Virus record (IMG/VR): IMGVR_UViG_3300020027_000006
Location: 1-64,000 of that record
Strand: one strand, 5' to 3'
Source of the DNA: a virus
DNA: 64,000 nucleotides
Shown here: positions 22,854 to 35,092 of the stretch, piece by piece
Numbering within the stretch: the stretch's first letter is position 1
How the letters are laid out: each line of letters begins with the position of its first letter
Made by a program: the position numbers and the translations under genes
The notes under the pieces: model-generated
Databases searched by the model: none
What the model was told of the DNA's origin: nothing
Seen by the model: the letters and a program-made list of their open reading frames with translations, nothing else

Positions 22854-23339
22854 TCAAGAGGTTGTTTTAGTAATTTCATATGCGTTGTAAACCCACCCAT
22901 CCTCTAAAAAAGTGTCGTATATTTTACCATCGCGAATACAAAATACATGACCCCATAAATTAAAGTCAGTTGTCATTAATACATAAGTACCGACTGGATG
23001 AGCATCTATAAAACTTTTAATTGTGGTGGTCTTTCCTTTACCCCATGTATTGATAATGGTGGCCTCGTGTCCAAAGAAAGTACGCTCTTCATAGAACGAC
23101 TTCATGGGATGTATATTCCAGCCCCCGAACTTTCTCCAGCCGAAACGCTTTGCTACATACCAAACATCAGCGTAGTCTGCACCTGTGGCATGGACTAATG
23201 TTCTAACTCCGCAATCTCCTATTTTATTTTTTCCCTTTGTTGCGGACACCCCTGATGCCCACCTCCCGCCGTCAGAATAAACAAAATGCTTATACATTAC
23301 ACTAAATTCTGGTGTGTATTTTTTCAGTAACTTCAACAT
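22854..23339 (-). CDS. hypothetical protein with a Cys..His..Asp pattern, possibly papain-like fold
   Basis: GDCGVR...GHVFCIRDGKIYDTF. Confidence 0.55.
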   Translation of the reverse strand: MLKLLKKYTPEFSVMYKHFVYSDGGRWASGVSATKGKNKIGDCGVRTLVHATGADYADVWYVAKRFGWRKFGGWNIHPMKSFYEERTFFGHEATIINTWGKGKTTTIKSFIDAHPVGTYVLMTTDFNLWGHVFCIRDGKIYDTFLEDGWVYNAYEITKTTS

Positions 23340-23380
23340 AGATATAAGTGTAACATATACTTGTTAAATTGTCAAGAGAA

Positions 23381-23428
23381 AAAACCATAAAGCAGAGAAT
23401 AAAAATGAAAAACTCTGCTTTATGGTTT
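23381..23428 (-). terminator. long hairpin terminator
   Basis: aaaccataaagcagag ... ctctgctttatggttt inverted repeat. Confidence 0.7.
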
Positions 23429-24211
23429 AATTGCGGAACGAAAGATTGCACCCCTAACTTTGTCCGCAAGGTCAGGACGAACTGAATCCAAATGATTGAA
23501 CAATGCTTGACCGTATCGCCAGCCTTTTTGGTTAGCTAGTGTAAATGCGAAAAAATAGAATTTGTGTAATGTCATATAGTAAATTAAGTGTAGCAAATGA
23601 AAGACATTTTGTCAACATAAAAACTAATCCGGTTCTTCTACCAATTCAAGAAAACGATTTTCCGTGTCAACTTGTTCGTCGTTAATAGCTAGTAACAGAT
23701 TGCTGAGACACTCTTTAGCATCATTTCCTTGTGCTACTGATTCTGACCCTGTATCTTGATACATTACTCTAAACATTTTATTTTCTCCTATCTCTATCGC
23801 AAAGTAACATGAAAACTGCAAAACATAGAAAAATTATTGCTATGTTTTGTAACAAATCCGTTAATCCAAGTAATGGCATATATTTATTTTCCCCTCATGC
23901 GGTTAAAGAGATAAATTGCATAACATTTGGCACAGTCTCTAACTGGTTTTATAAGACCTCCAATAGCCGTTATAGCTAAACCAATCATCCCTATCTCATC
24001 TGAGCAAATATGTAATACCATAATTTTTTCCAGTTCTACTTTATTTACTGTTTTTTCTTTCTCTCTCTTTACCCGCCTGTTGTGCCTTACACCCTTCAGC
24101 GTAATAAGTTATAAAAGCAACGATTAAAGTTAAAACAACACTACCAACACAAAACACCTTAAATTGCATAACTTAAGTGTAGCAAAATGTTCTCCTTTTG
24201 TCAACATAAAC

Positions 24212-24992
24212 TTAGCAGATTTTATTTTTCATTAAATTCTTAACAGGAAGATGATTATATCCCTGTATATACATAAACGGACTACGTATTCCAAACTTGC
24301 TCAGGTTTCTTAAATAATCGACTTCACGTGCAGCTACAACCTTAAGGTCAGAACTAGCCAAAGCCTTTATTTCTGCATCTATTGAATCCAGAACAGTGAA
24401 TAACTCGTTTGAACTTATTCTAGTTGCCATAGTATTAATCTCCACTAAGTAAATAGTGTATCATATAGTAATCTAATTGTCAAGAATTATTTCCAGTTGA
24501 GTAAGATAAAAAATTATTAGTGGGAAAAGGCGTCCGATAATGAGTCTCTAATGAGTCTCCATCCTCGTCACGAGCAGGTAAACCCGATTCTTCTTCTCCT
24601 CCACAGAGTTATTTGTTTTATTACAGCAGATATTACAGCAGAGAAGAAAAACCTCCAACTTTCGCTGAAGGTTTTATTGTATTATATTGTATTTACCGGT
24701 ATTAAAAGAGGTTAGAGAAAGACGCTTTTGCACGTGAAAACAAAGTAGCCGTTAAAGCCTTCTTTGCAATTTCTTCCCAGTTCGCGGTTTTCTTATACTT
24801 ATTCCAAGTAGTTCTATCAGGATAAGGCATATTGTTAAGTGTTGCAAAAGATTTGACCTCTATTACTAGACCATCGAGGAGTTCCATTTTTCGGTCTAGT
24901 TCTATACTGCCAAATAATCCTTTAAGCGGTGTTTCGGTGAGTGCTTCAAACTTTAGTACCGCTTCTCCAAAATATCCCTTTTTATCTTTCAT
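24212..24992 (-). CDS. hypothetical ORFs (24212-24445, 24702-24992)
   Basis: Each has its own promoter. Confidence 0.6.
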
Positions 24993-25039
24993 ACTTAATA
25001 GTACCAAGTAATTATTACTTTGTCAAGAAATAATAAAAG

Positions 25040-25444
25040 CTACTCAATTCCGCAAATATAAAAAATATAATTTTTATACTCCTCATTAAGTTTAGTCTCA
25101 TGAATCCATTGACGGGCATTAGGAAAATTATAGTCATAGTTTCGGGTATAACCATTAGTTTTTATAATTCCCCAACTATAATTCCCTTTAATAGTTCGAG
25201 TCTTACAATTAACTTCCATGTTTATGTATTTTGGATGAACCATTGATTTATTAAATACAGCGGCCCAAAAAGCATAATGTTTTTCATCAACACGTCTTAT
25301 ACTGGAGCGTTGAATCATCCAAACTGTGACCTCAGAATTTATTCTACTAAAGAGTACATCATAATCTTTAGCATTAGACGACTGACCAAAAGATGCAATA
25401 TTTGCACTCACTACCAAAACAATTAACATTAAAATATGTTTCAT
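25040..25444 (-). CDS. secreted protein, possibly surface-adhesin-E-like fold
   Basis: Signal peptide MKHILMLIVLVVSANIASFG; W..RSSIRR...W...MEVNCKTR pattern. Confidence 0.55.
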   Translation of the reverse strand: MKHILMLIVLVVSANIASFGQSSNAKDYDVLFSRINSEVTVWMIQRSSIRRVDEKHYAFWAAVFNKSMVHPKYINMEVNCKTRTIKGNYSWGIIKTNGYTRNYDYNFPNARQWIHETKLNEEYKNYIFYICGIE

Positions 25445-25550
25445 AATGTAATCATCTTAACAGGAATTAGATAACTTGTCAAGAGTTATCTAATTAAATA
25501 TGAAAAATATTTTTGTTGACAAAAAATATGGTTTTTAGTACACTATATTT

Positions 25551-25670
25551 GGTTAGGAAGTAAATCTCTTGACCGTAATTTAGATAGACCCTTTAATGTG
25601 TGTTTGTTTAAATAATGCTGAGAGGAAGGGTAGCAGTGAACAACCAAGCTGCTACCCTTCCTCTTCTCTT
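25551..25670 (+). ncRNA. candidate small RNA
   Basis: TTGACA-17-TACACT promoter at about 25516-25544, no ORF, strong hairpin agaggaagggtagcag/ctgctacccttcctct. Confidence 0.4.
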
Positions 25671-25674
25671 CAAA

Positions 25675-26084
25675 TTAAATTCCAGCTAATTTTTTTCTAC
25701 GTGCGGAGCGGCAAAGAGCGTGTTCTAAAGTAGAACATATTTTGTTAAAATCCCCTAGCCGAGGGTTTTCCATAGTCTCAACCGCAAGTTCAAATAAATC
25801 GTCAGCCAACCTATCAGCCTGACTAGACAGTGATAATAAAATATAAAAGGGCATGAGATACCTCCTAGAAATTATAGATATTCGTCTAACTCTTCGTCGT
25901 AGCCTAAATCCTCGTCCTCATAGACCCATCCTGAGTCTATGATAACTTCGCCTTTAGAGGTTGATTCCATTTCATTTATTACGCTTGGGTTTTCGAAATG
26001 ATTTTGTATGAGCCAGATTACTCCATCTTCTGAAATTTCGACTGATGTGTATTCGTGGAAAATTTTTCCTGCTTCTGCGGACAT
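25675..26084 (-). CDS. two small ORFs (25675-25854, 59 aa, not in track; 25872-26084, acidic)
   Basis: AGGAGG SD upstream of each. Confidence 0.6.
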
Positions 26085-26666
26085 AAAGAAGTACCTCCTT
26101 TAGCTGATTTCATGGTATCATATATTATTATGATTCGCAAGGGAATTTCAGAAGTAAGTTGGGAGACTGTACGAAGACTTGTCGACAGTGGTGAAAGAAT
26201 AGTTGACATTGAAAAACGATTCAACGGAGCCATAACCGCATCACAAATCTCGTACAAGAAACAACTTTGGAAAAAAGAAGCTTATTGCAAAGGTGATAAC
26301 AAGTATTCAAAGTATCAGACACCTGAATACCGTGCTTGGCGTAAAGCTGTTCTTATCAAAGATGGGTTTAAGTGTATAGTATGTAAACGTGGAAAACCTG
26401 CTGTTAAGGTGCTACAATGTGACCATATAAAAAGTTATTCACAGCACCCCGAATTGCGTTACAACGTAAACAATGGTAGAGTACTCTGTGTATATCATCA
26501 TAAACGTACTTTGAATTACGGATTCAAAGCTCTAAAATGTAATGATGAGGATAACGGGGATACATGGGTTAAACAGGAGCAAATATTATGGAAGCAACAA
26601 CTAATAGAGAAAACAATAAAGAAGAGACTTCAAAAATCATTAAAGAAGCCAATCTCGAAGCGATGA
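26055..26666 (+). CDS. HNH endonuclease (true start probably downstream)
   Basis: YRAWRKAVLIKDGFKCIVC...CDHIK...NNGRVLCVYHH. Confidence 0.85.
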   Translation: MENFSCFCGHKEVPPLADFMVSYIIMIRKGISEVSWETVRRLVDSGERIVDIEKRFNGAITASQISYKKQLWKKEAYCKGDNKYSKYQTPEYRAWRKAVLIKDGFKCIVCKRGKPAVKVLQCDHIKSYSQHPELRYNVNNGRVLCVYHHKRTLNYGFKALKCNDEDNGDTWVKQEQILWKQQLIEKTIKKRLQKSLKKPISKR

Positions 26667-26855
26667 TAACAACTCTAAAAAATCGTGAGGATAGAAAAGT
26701 GCCTCAAAAAATTCGTTCAAAGAAACGTCGCCGTGCTGCTGCTAAGGTTGCTCGTAACTCTCGTAAAACTAATAAGTAAGTAGAATAAACATATCCAATC
26801 ATTTAATAGTTACTAATTTCAATAAAAAAATGAATGAGTTCAATACCTTTATTCT

Positions 26856-27110
26856 TTACTTATTTTTTTTGATATACGCGGTCGGAGGGCCGGGCTTCCG
26901 GTGTCGAAATTCCTCCAATGCTTTTCCATACACGAGTGTCTTGCCAATAATTTCTTCCGTTTCCAATCGACCCCTTTTGATTAATTGAGAGATAGCCGAA
27001 CGGTCAATTTTTTTCCTACTCGCGGCCTCTCCAATCGTAACCAAATCCAATCGTTCAATAAGCGACTCCAATTCAATTTTCAATTCTTTTAATCGCTCTT
27101 TGTCTGTCAT
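26856..27110 (-). CDS. excisionase-like helix-turn-helix protein
   Basis: LVTIGEAASRKKIDRSAISQLIKRGRL. Confidence 0.7.
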   Translation of the reverse strand: MTDKERLKELKIELESLIERLDLVTIGEAASRKKIDRSAISQLIKRGRLETEEIIGKTLVYGKALEEFRHRKPGPPTAYIKKNK

Positions 27111-27112
27111 TT

Positions 27113-29455
27113 TTACCCATGTACTGGAGCTGTGTACTTAAACTTTTGCTTTATGTCAATTGAGTGCTTTACACTTACGTAATTCATACAAACTATCATT
27201 CGGTCAAGGTCTTGTCTTGTGGCTTGCGGAAACATGATAGCTCCTGTTGCATTGGATTTTACTTGATACGTACCATCATCACTCTTTGAAACTTCCATAC
27301 CCGAATTAGTTAGCTTCCGGAGCGTGTCTCGTATATCGGAGGTTGCTACAAGAAAGAATGTTTTATTGTTTGTCATATGTTTTATTCTCAACGTATAATT
27401 AGCTTACCAAATGGAAGCTAATTTGTCAATACTTTTATTGGTTCACTAAGCAGTTTGATTAACTTATCTTCAACTTCTTTGAGAAAGTCGTCTTTACCTA
27501 ATACATCAGCCATAGGAGTTCCATAATCACTCCATCCTTCGGATGTTATGTTATTCTCGAATGCTTCTACTATAATTGTTATTATTTCGTTTTTCATTAT
27601 ATTATCTTACCAAATGGAAGCTAATTTGTCAACACTTATTTTCCAGTTGAGGTTATTTTATTTTTATGTACTCATGTGCCCATACTTCTCGTTCTTCCAA
27701 CCCCCATGTGAGCAAGCCACAACTCTTCAGTTTTTCCGCGTCCGATAATGAGTAAATTGAAAATTTAAAAACCGTGCCTGATATTTCTACCAAACACGGT
27801 AAATTTTTTATATCTTTTGCGGACGAAAGAATAAGGTTGCCTTAAATACCCATCATCTCAGACACCGAGAACGAGACCCAACTTTGACCCTTATATCTTT
27901 CGTTTTGCTTTGCTTCTACTACAACGATTATATCTGGTAGTGGTGCTACTACCTTTTCTGCAGTTTGAACCGTGTACTCGCCCTTAACACGTCTTTGTTC
28001 GGTAATGGTGAATAGCTTTACAAAGCCACAGCTAAATTGAATGTCGTATGTATTACCTTTCTTTGGACAGTTAGTTGATTTGTTTCCGCACTTCGTTAAA
28101 AACGGGCAAATTTTACCCTTACGTATTTTTAACGACTTCGTTATGTTGTTCAAGGTTGCCATAGAAGTATATTAGCAAATAATGATTTGTTCATGTTCGT
28201 AATCTTTAATTATCTTACTAAACGGGAGTTAACTTTGTCAAGTAAAAAGTGGGAGTTTTTTACTTTTATTCCTACGAAAGAGGTGCAAACCACGGCTCTC
28301 GGTCAGCGACCTTATTGTAAAAAGTTTCACCATTCGCGGTCAACCGCTTAATGGTGTTCAAATTAATTACTCGATACTTTTCCTCACCTTCTTTCAATAC
28401 TCCGTTTTCATGTTTGGGATTAGATACTTCAAACACGCCAACCATATCACGAGCGGTTAAAGTAGCTTTACGCTTTGCCGTTATTTCCGGCTGTGTGTTT
28501 TTGACATAACGCTTTACTGCAAGCCGTGCAGTCATAGTCCGTTCCGTACCGTCTTGCTTAGTGAACACTACGGTGAAAAACTTGTCACCTACATAGCGTT
28601 TGAATAATTCGATTGTTAAATTGTTAATCAGCATATGTTTTCTTTACGTCCTTTAACGTAAGGATATAATAGCACAAATTTAGAATAGTGTCAAGAGAAA
28701 AGAGAGTTTCTTTATTTTAATTAACTGAAGCTGTGTTATGCAAAACTTCTTTACCCTCGAGCTCCGCAAGTTCTACAGCAAGGAGTCCCTGTTTAGATTT
28801 TGGTACACGAAAGAATTCGCGAGCCTTTTGTGTCGCCTCCCAAAGACTCCCTGCATCAATAATATGTTGTTTTTGATTGTAAAATGCAATGTATTTGTTC
28901 ATATAATTATCTTACCAAACGGGAGTTAACTTGTCAACAATTTTCTTAGATTTTTGAAAAAAGTGGGAGTTTTTTTCTTTAATCCATACGCGATTCTGCA
29001 TAACAGTTAATACCAGAATTTTGCAATACTTTAGCCATTGCACTTGCATGAGCATATTTACGCTCCATGCTTTGTCCGTAATCACCCACCCGAATATCGT
29101 AACCACCCGTGTAGCTTGTTCCTTTACAAATGCCTTGTGCTTTAAGCCATTTAGCAAAGGCACTGGTTGCTGGCTTAACTTTTACCCATGCAAAACCGCA
29201 AACACCGGAATAGATAACTTCCACAGACTTGCTCATGTCTATTTCATTCGAAAATAAATCTTTAGCTTGCCCGACGACCATTGGAGTAGGAGTGCAAGCC
29301 TTAGCAGCTGTTTGTCCTGCAAGCATTGCACGGTCGTATAGTTCTCGAAATGTTTCAGCTTTAGGTTTACTATTAAATCTTTGCGGTACATCCGACTCAA
29401 GTAATTGTTCGTAAGTTAAAATGTCAGGTTCGTTGTTCATAATTTTGTTCCTCAA
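27113..29455 (-). CDS. early-type ORFs (27113-27391, 27842-28162, 28272-28634 SH3-barrel-like, 28717-28902, 28979-29455)
   Basis: Individual promoters; FFTVVFTKQDGTERTM and GVCGFAWV resemble common phage hypothetical proteins. Confidence 0.65.
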
Positions 29456-29516
29456 CTTTAACTATATTAGCATATCTAAATTAGTTTGTCAACATAAAAA
29501 CAATTAAAAATAAGTG

Positions 29517-29564
29517 TTGACAACACAGAATTTATATGATACACTATTTGTGGAGGGGTGCGGG
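29517..29564 (+). promoter_or_regulatory. antisense promoter unit 4
   Basis: TTGACA-17-TACACT + ATTTGTGGAGGGGTGCGGG. Confidence 0.8.
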
Positions 29565-29875
29565 TGTTATATTAAAGAGTACAGTGCGTCCGATAATGAG
29601 TTTATTCTCTACGGTATGAGCAAGTATCTTTGTCCTCCCTTTTTTCTTACTGCTGAAGGAGTGAAAAAGGAAGCAGTTTCCTACTTCCTTTTATATTGCT
29701 TTTGTACTGCTTCTTTATATCTTTTGCGGTTTCGTTGTACCGCTTCGACCGTTGCCAGCCTAATATGATTACTTGTTCGCATATAATTTACATCGAACGC
29801 GGCGTCCAAAGCTGACTTAAGAGTGTTGAAAATCTTACTTTGTTCTATTTCTGCTTCTGCTTATTTATTTATCAT

Positions 29876-30433
29876 TTAATCCTTTCCTTCGTAATTATCT
29901 TTCAAGTCTCTCATTCGTTTTCCGAAATACCCTGCTGAAAAATTCAAAGGCAAATCATAAGGTATGTTTACACCAAATCGGTTAGTAGCATCACGGTCAC
30001 CTTTACTTTTAATCAGTTTGTGCCGTTCCGACATAGCTTGCTGTATTCTGTTGTTCGTTTCGTTTGCCATAAATAGATATTAGCAAACGAAAATGATTTT
30101 GTCAAGAGAATAATCCCGGATTCCGGGATTTTATTTAGAGAACAAAAGCGGAGCACTTTCTAAAAGTTTCATAACTGCGTTGTATTCGTCCATTATGCCC
30201 TCATTCGGTTCGATGTCCCAACCTCTGTCGTAATTAACTATTACGCCGTCAAACCAGCTGTTAGTTGTATTACTTCTACAAAGTTCTCTAATACTAAGTT
30301 TGGAAACTCTTCCGTTGTTTATTCCAAACATCGAACCTGTATCAAACAGTTTAGCCTCAAACTCATAATTCTTGCCGACTAATCCGTTGACCCAATTATC
30401 TTGTAAATCAAATTTTGTGAATTGTGCTTCCAT
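29876..30433 (-). CDS. two hypothetical ORFs (29876-30070, 30131-30433)
   Basis: Own promoters; GRVSKLSI..NYDRGWD pattern in the second. Confidence 0.65.
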
Positions 30434-30764
30434 AAATACTCTCCTCTACTAAATAGATATTAGCAAATAGATTCTGTTTTGTCAACACTTATTTTTATCC
30501 TTTTTGCTTTTCTCTTTATTCGATTCATTTCTTTTTTATAAGATAAAACATACCACTCGTTTTTCTCACCGAAAGAAAGAAATTTCAAAGATTCTTCTTT
30601 ATCAGGTCTTATAAAACTTATTTTAATATGTCTTGTTGAGGTTTCAGGAAAACAGGTAAAAATAAATTGTACTGGCTTAAATTTTATTTTTACACCTTTA
30701 GATATAAAAGATTGTAAATTTTCAACAGATAAAAATGTGCTGTTAAATATACTTACTTCATAAC

Positions 30765-31037
30765 TAAAATAAAAATAAATATACAGAATATCTAAATAAT
30801 TTAAATCAAACCATTCTCCTTTTATTCTTTTATGTTCGAAAATAATATGAAGATTTTTTTCGTCAGAGATTTTATCCTTATGGGATTAGACGACTGTAAA
30901 GCACAAAATCTCGACTTCATCTCACAAGTTCTTCCTATTTTGGTTAGTTTATTTTTACTGTCATAAGCTAGGTAAACGTAGTCATCACCCCTAAATAGTG
31001 AATCGTGAGTTTTAGTATAGCGAGTAATAAGCTTCAT
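30765..31037 (-). pseudogene. frameshifted GIY-YIG T5orf172/MUG113-like gene
   Basis: YVYL..TKIGRT..RFCALQSSNP in one frame; DEKNLHIIFEHKRIKGEWFDL continues in another. Confidence 0.7.
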
Positions 31038-31079
31038 TAAATTAATGCTCCAAAATAAAATATAATGTCGATACTTACT

Positions 31080-31786
31080 TCACCCTTCTTGTTTTATTTT
31101 AGCTTGTTCTTGCTGTGCAATTAGTTCTCTAATGTTTTTAGCGGAACTTACTTGGATGCCTGTTAGATTTACGTTTGTCAGTAAGTCTTTCATCTCACCC
31201 TCAGCACGTACCTTTTCGAGTAGCATAGTAATTCGAAGTTTTTGGAAAGTATCAAAACCAACAGAAAAATTCCAGTAGTCAGTGTCTGCTATTTCGACAA
31301 ACCTGTATAGATGATGCCCTTTAGCGTTATCAAACGCCTCATTTGATTCACGGTAAGCCCCGTAAAGACCGCCGAGTGCGGCATAGTATTCACCCAAACA
31401 ATACATGAATCTTTTTCTGTCTGTTTCATTTTTGAACATAAAATTATATTAGCAGATAAATTCTAATTTGTCAACACTTATTTTAGTCTTAGTTATAGAA
31501 CTTTTCTCACTTTAGTCGTCATAGATGGGACATCCTCTCGAATAATCATACCATCTAAACACTCGTTGTTAGCAGCGATTGAGTAACCTAATCCTTGTGA
31601 ACGAGGATGATTTAGAACCCATGTTTCGACCCAAAACATATTGCGTTCTATTTTAGAAACAGAAGCTCCAACAAATACATTATAAATTCGTCCATTTCCT
31701 TTTTTGAATTTCAAAACAAATGCTTTTCCTCGCGTTTCGATTTTATGATTCAAAAGAATAATTGGTAGTAACTGTTTGTCCATCAT
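31080..31786 (-). CDS. two hypothetical ORFs (31080-31439, 31493-31786)
   Basis: Leaderless promoters. Confidence 0.65.
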
Positions 31787-31844
31787 AAATAGATATTAGC
31801 ATAAATAAATCGCTTTGTCAACACAAAAAAGTAGAAAATAAGTG

Positions 31845-31892
31845 TTGACAAAAGATTATTTATATGATATACTATTTGTGGAGGGGTGCGGG
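31845..31892 (+). promoter_or_regulatory. antisense promoter unit 5
   Basis: Near-identical to unit 7 over more than 100 bp. Confidence 0.8.
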
Positions 31893-32029
31893 AGAAATAA
31901 AAACTGTGAAGAAACAGGAGGCACACCTGCTCGATGGGTGGAGTAAAGAGAGGAGAGAAAAGAGAGAAAAGAGAAGTAAAAAAGCCTCTGATTTCTCAAA
32001 GGCTTTTTGTTCGTAAGTTTTAGTTTGAT

Positions 32030-32779
32030 TTAGACGGTGACCGAATGTACCGTTTGACGTTTGAAGGCTTTGTCAGCAAGCTGTGTTACTTTACGAACCC
32101 AAAACTCAATGTTGACATTTTTCTTTTTGTCAACCGTTACGACTCGAACCAGTTCAGTGTCATTCTTTTGAAATGAACGAACGGTCAAGGTGGTTACAGA
32201 AGTTCGGTTTTCGATTCGATTTCGTTGTTCGCGTGTCATTTTTTCTTGTTCCTTTGCGGATACTCCGCGTCGTACCTTCAGATTGCGACAGGTGGCTCGT
32301 TGCCGTTTGTCAGAAATACATTAGATTTTTTCAACCCTCCATTCTTCCACTTGGACAAGTTTTCCGTTCGATTGTTTAATAACCAAATCAGTTTGGTGAG
32401 GGTATTTTTTTACTTCTACGATAGTAACTTCCGCAAAGCCATATAAAACTTTTTCACCTTTGCGGTAACTCAACTGGTAAAGATTTATTCCGTGAAATTT
32501 CATAGTAACCTCCAACTAAACTTAATAATACCATAAACAAACTGTTTTGTCAAGAGTTATTTTGTGTTAGTCAAGTCTTTTCATATTTGTAAACCATGCG
32601 GACGGATAGGCATAACTAACTTCCGAAATAACTGCAACTGTAATTTTATTGCTATTAATTTCTTCTGTTTTACGTGCAATCACTTTAGCCGTTTCAAGTG
32701 TTCCTATATGGTCTTGTATCCAGTTACCTGAAATAATACCATCTGCTTCGCTATGTACATTAATAAGTGAAAACCTCAT
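32030..32779 (-). CDS. three small ORFs (32030-32239, 32321-32515, 32567-32779)
   Basis: SD-like GGAG/AGGA upstream. Confidence 0.6.
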
Positions 32780-33024
32780 AATTATTCTCCTCGTTTATAT
32801 TTGGACTTGCGACCGACTTTATCGGCTTTACTTGCTCGCTTCCTATCACGAAACACCCGAACGACTCCGCCTGTAGCAGTTATCATATCTTTGATACGCT
32901 CATCTCGTATTCGTATATCGTTAGGATTTATCTTTATACTTTCCATAAACAGATATTAGCAAATAGATTCTGTTTTGTCAACACTTATTTAATAAAATTT
33001 TTATTTATTTTCATTGTTTTTATG

Positions 33025-33072
33025 TTGACAAAAGGTTACTTATATGCTATACTATTTGTGAAAGGGTGCGGG
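33025..33072 (+). promoter_or_regulatory. antisense promoter unit 6
   Basis: TTGACA-17-TATACT + ATTTGTGAAAGGGTGCGGG. Confidence 0.8.
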
Positions 33073-33270
33073 TGTAAAATTATGCTTCCAGTTGAGAAAA
33101 TCCCGTCAAACTGCGACCACGCTACAACTACTATTACTCTTCACTGACATCTTCTCCTCCCAGTGAAGCAAGGGGCCATACGAGCATTATTTCCTCTCCT
33201 AAGAGTTCAGAAGTAAAAAAGCTCCTCCGATTTCTCGAAAGAGCTTGTGTATTTTTTGTGGTTTGCGGAC

Positions 33271-33748
33271 TTACTCAGCTTCTAAGTATTGATAGTTGCC
33301 TGAAATAAAAGCTGAGAGCTGATGTGCAAGATGTTTAACTCCTTGTTCGTCTAAAATAACTGACGCATAATCGTTGCTATCGTTGTTATGAGTTTTGTCT
33401 TTTATATATATCTGAACTGCTCGACCTATACTCGAACCGGCAAAAAACGCGACTAAAGTTATATCCTTTGCATCTTCCTCGTATTTAGGATGTCTGCCTT
33501 GTATTTTTCGTAGTGTTGTTGACATAAGATAATATTAGCATAGAATAATTATTTTGTCAAGATTTATTTTTAAGTAAATTGACTTTTATATCTTGCTCTA
33601 TCAAAACGTCGATAATATCATCATCATCATCGCTCCAGTCTATCACTGACCCATCATCGCCTTGTATCGGAGTTTCCGATTCTAGCAATTCTAGCCGTCG
33701 ATTGAGTTCGTGAAATATAACTTCGTCCGTCTGCTTTTCTTGTGGCAT
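33271..33748 (-). CDS. two hypothetical ORFs (33271-33525, 33557-33748)
   Basis: ORF track; promoter before 33525. Confidence 0.6.
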
Positions 33749-33762
33749 ATTTTTTATTTACT

Positions 33763-34500
33763 TTATTTAGTCTTACCTTTTAGGTAACTGTTGAGTGTCT
33801 TAACACTTTTTGACCCTCTTGATAAACTAAAAACCATAGTCTGAGATTCCCCGTAGGTATGCCAAATTGTTTTGCCGCCCCTTGTTGCGTATAATTCCCT
33901 GATTGTTCGTGGAGTTTTAGTTCCGTCGAACCGTGCAAGCGGGTTTAGGTTAGCCCATGCGGTTTGTACTCGTCCAGATAGCTTACCATCATAGCCTAAA
34001 TCTGCCCAAACTTTATAACCAACTGATTTATCCGACCGTGCATCATTACGTAGAGCAAATGTGGATATATAAGATACTTTAGCTTTTTGTGCGTCCGCGA
34101 CTTGTGTAGAAAATGATTTCGTACCAAGTCCTTTACCTTGTGCGGACGGAGAAAGAAAAAATGCATCGTTGCGGACAGTAAGTTTTCCATCCGCATCTCG
34201 GTACATTGTTCGCGTCATGCCGTCTGATTTGCTTATGTACTTATGAGATATATCAACTTGCAACCGACCATCACGAAGTCCTATTTCGACTTTTGCACCG
34301 GAAAACGCTCCTGCTCCAGCAAGATTAGCAATATCACTTCCTGACATTGGCTTACCAAATAATTTTCTAGCAAAAGCTTGTTCGGCTTTATCATAACCTT
34401 CTATATCAAAAGAGCTACCACCAGAAGATGAAGATAGTGCAGCAGCCGTCGCATTAAACTTGCTGCTTCCTCTACTTGTACTGTTTCCGCGACCGCCCAT
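33763..34500 (-). CDS. GNAT-like acetyltransferase-fold protein
   Basis: FFLSPSAQGKGLGT acetyl-CoA motif A; GYKVWADLGY. Confidence 0.6.
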   Translation of the reverse strand: MGGRGNSTSRGSSKFNATAAALSSSSGGSSFDIEGYDKAEQAFARKLFGKPMSGSDIANLAGAGAFSGAKVEIGLRDGRLQVDISHKYISKSDGMTRTMYRDADGKLTVRNDAFFLSPSAQGKGLGTKSFSTQVADAQKAKVSYISTFALRNDARSDKSVGYKVWADLGYDGKLSGRVQTAWANLNPLARFDGTKTPRTIRELYATRGGKTIWHTYGESQTMVFSLSRGSKSVKTLNSYLKGKTK

Positions 34501-34501
34501 A

Positions 34502-35092
34502 TTAAGCCTCTCTCCAAGTCTTATTAGATTTAATTGAGTAAACTATATCTAATGTAAGTTCGGAACAAGATATTTTTTCTAATATCTGCGGAGCAGTAAA
34601 TTTATTTTTTAATAAGTGTTTAACTTGATATGCTATTTCTTTATTGATTCTTTGATTAGGCTCATGTCCTTTTGGAAAAGGGTTGAAAGCTTTCATTCCT
34701 TTATAAAACCTACGCCCTTTACACTTATTGCCAGTTGCTTTGCGTTCTCGGTCTTTAGCCCTCATATCATCAGAATTGATTTTATGGTCACCTTCAAAAA
34801 GATGTTTAGGATTAACACAATTTCTAATATCACAAGTATGGCATAAAAATAGTTTTTTGTCAATAAATAAATTATTAGCAATTATAAAAGAAACATGATG
34901 TACTCTTTTAGTTTTATCATTTATTGAAACTTGTCCGTATTCTTTTTCATTAGGGTTTACTTTGTTTTTCTTTGTCGCCCCAGTCCACAACCAACAGCCT
35001 TTAATGTTAGCATCTTTAATTACTTTATCAAAAAAATTATTTAATTGTTTTTCCGTAATAAACTTCATTTGCGATTTTGAATGTTTCAACAT
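34502..35092 (-). CDS. HNH homing endonuclease
   Basis: CWLWTGA...YG...RVHHVSF...LCHTCDIRNCVNPKHL. Confidence 0.85.
   Translation of the reverse strand: MLKHSKSQMKFITEKQLNNFFDKVIKDANIKGCWLWTGATKKNKVNPNEKEYGQVSINDKTKRVHHVSFIIANNLFIDKKLFLCHTCDIRNCVNPKHLFEGDHKINSDDMRAKDRERKATGNKCKGRRFYKGMKAFNPFPKGHEPNQRINKEIAYQVKHLLKNKFTAPQILEKISCSELTLDIVYSIKSNKTWREA

Noticed and set aside
29514-29768. Plus-strand 84-aa ORF at antisense unit 4
   Set aside because: It begins inside the promoter and is not conserved among the seven copies
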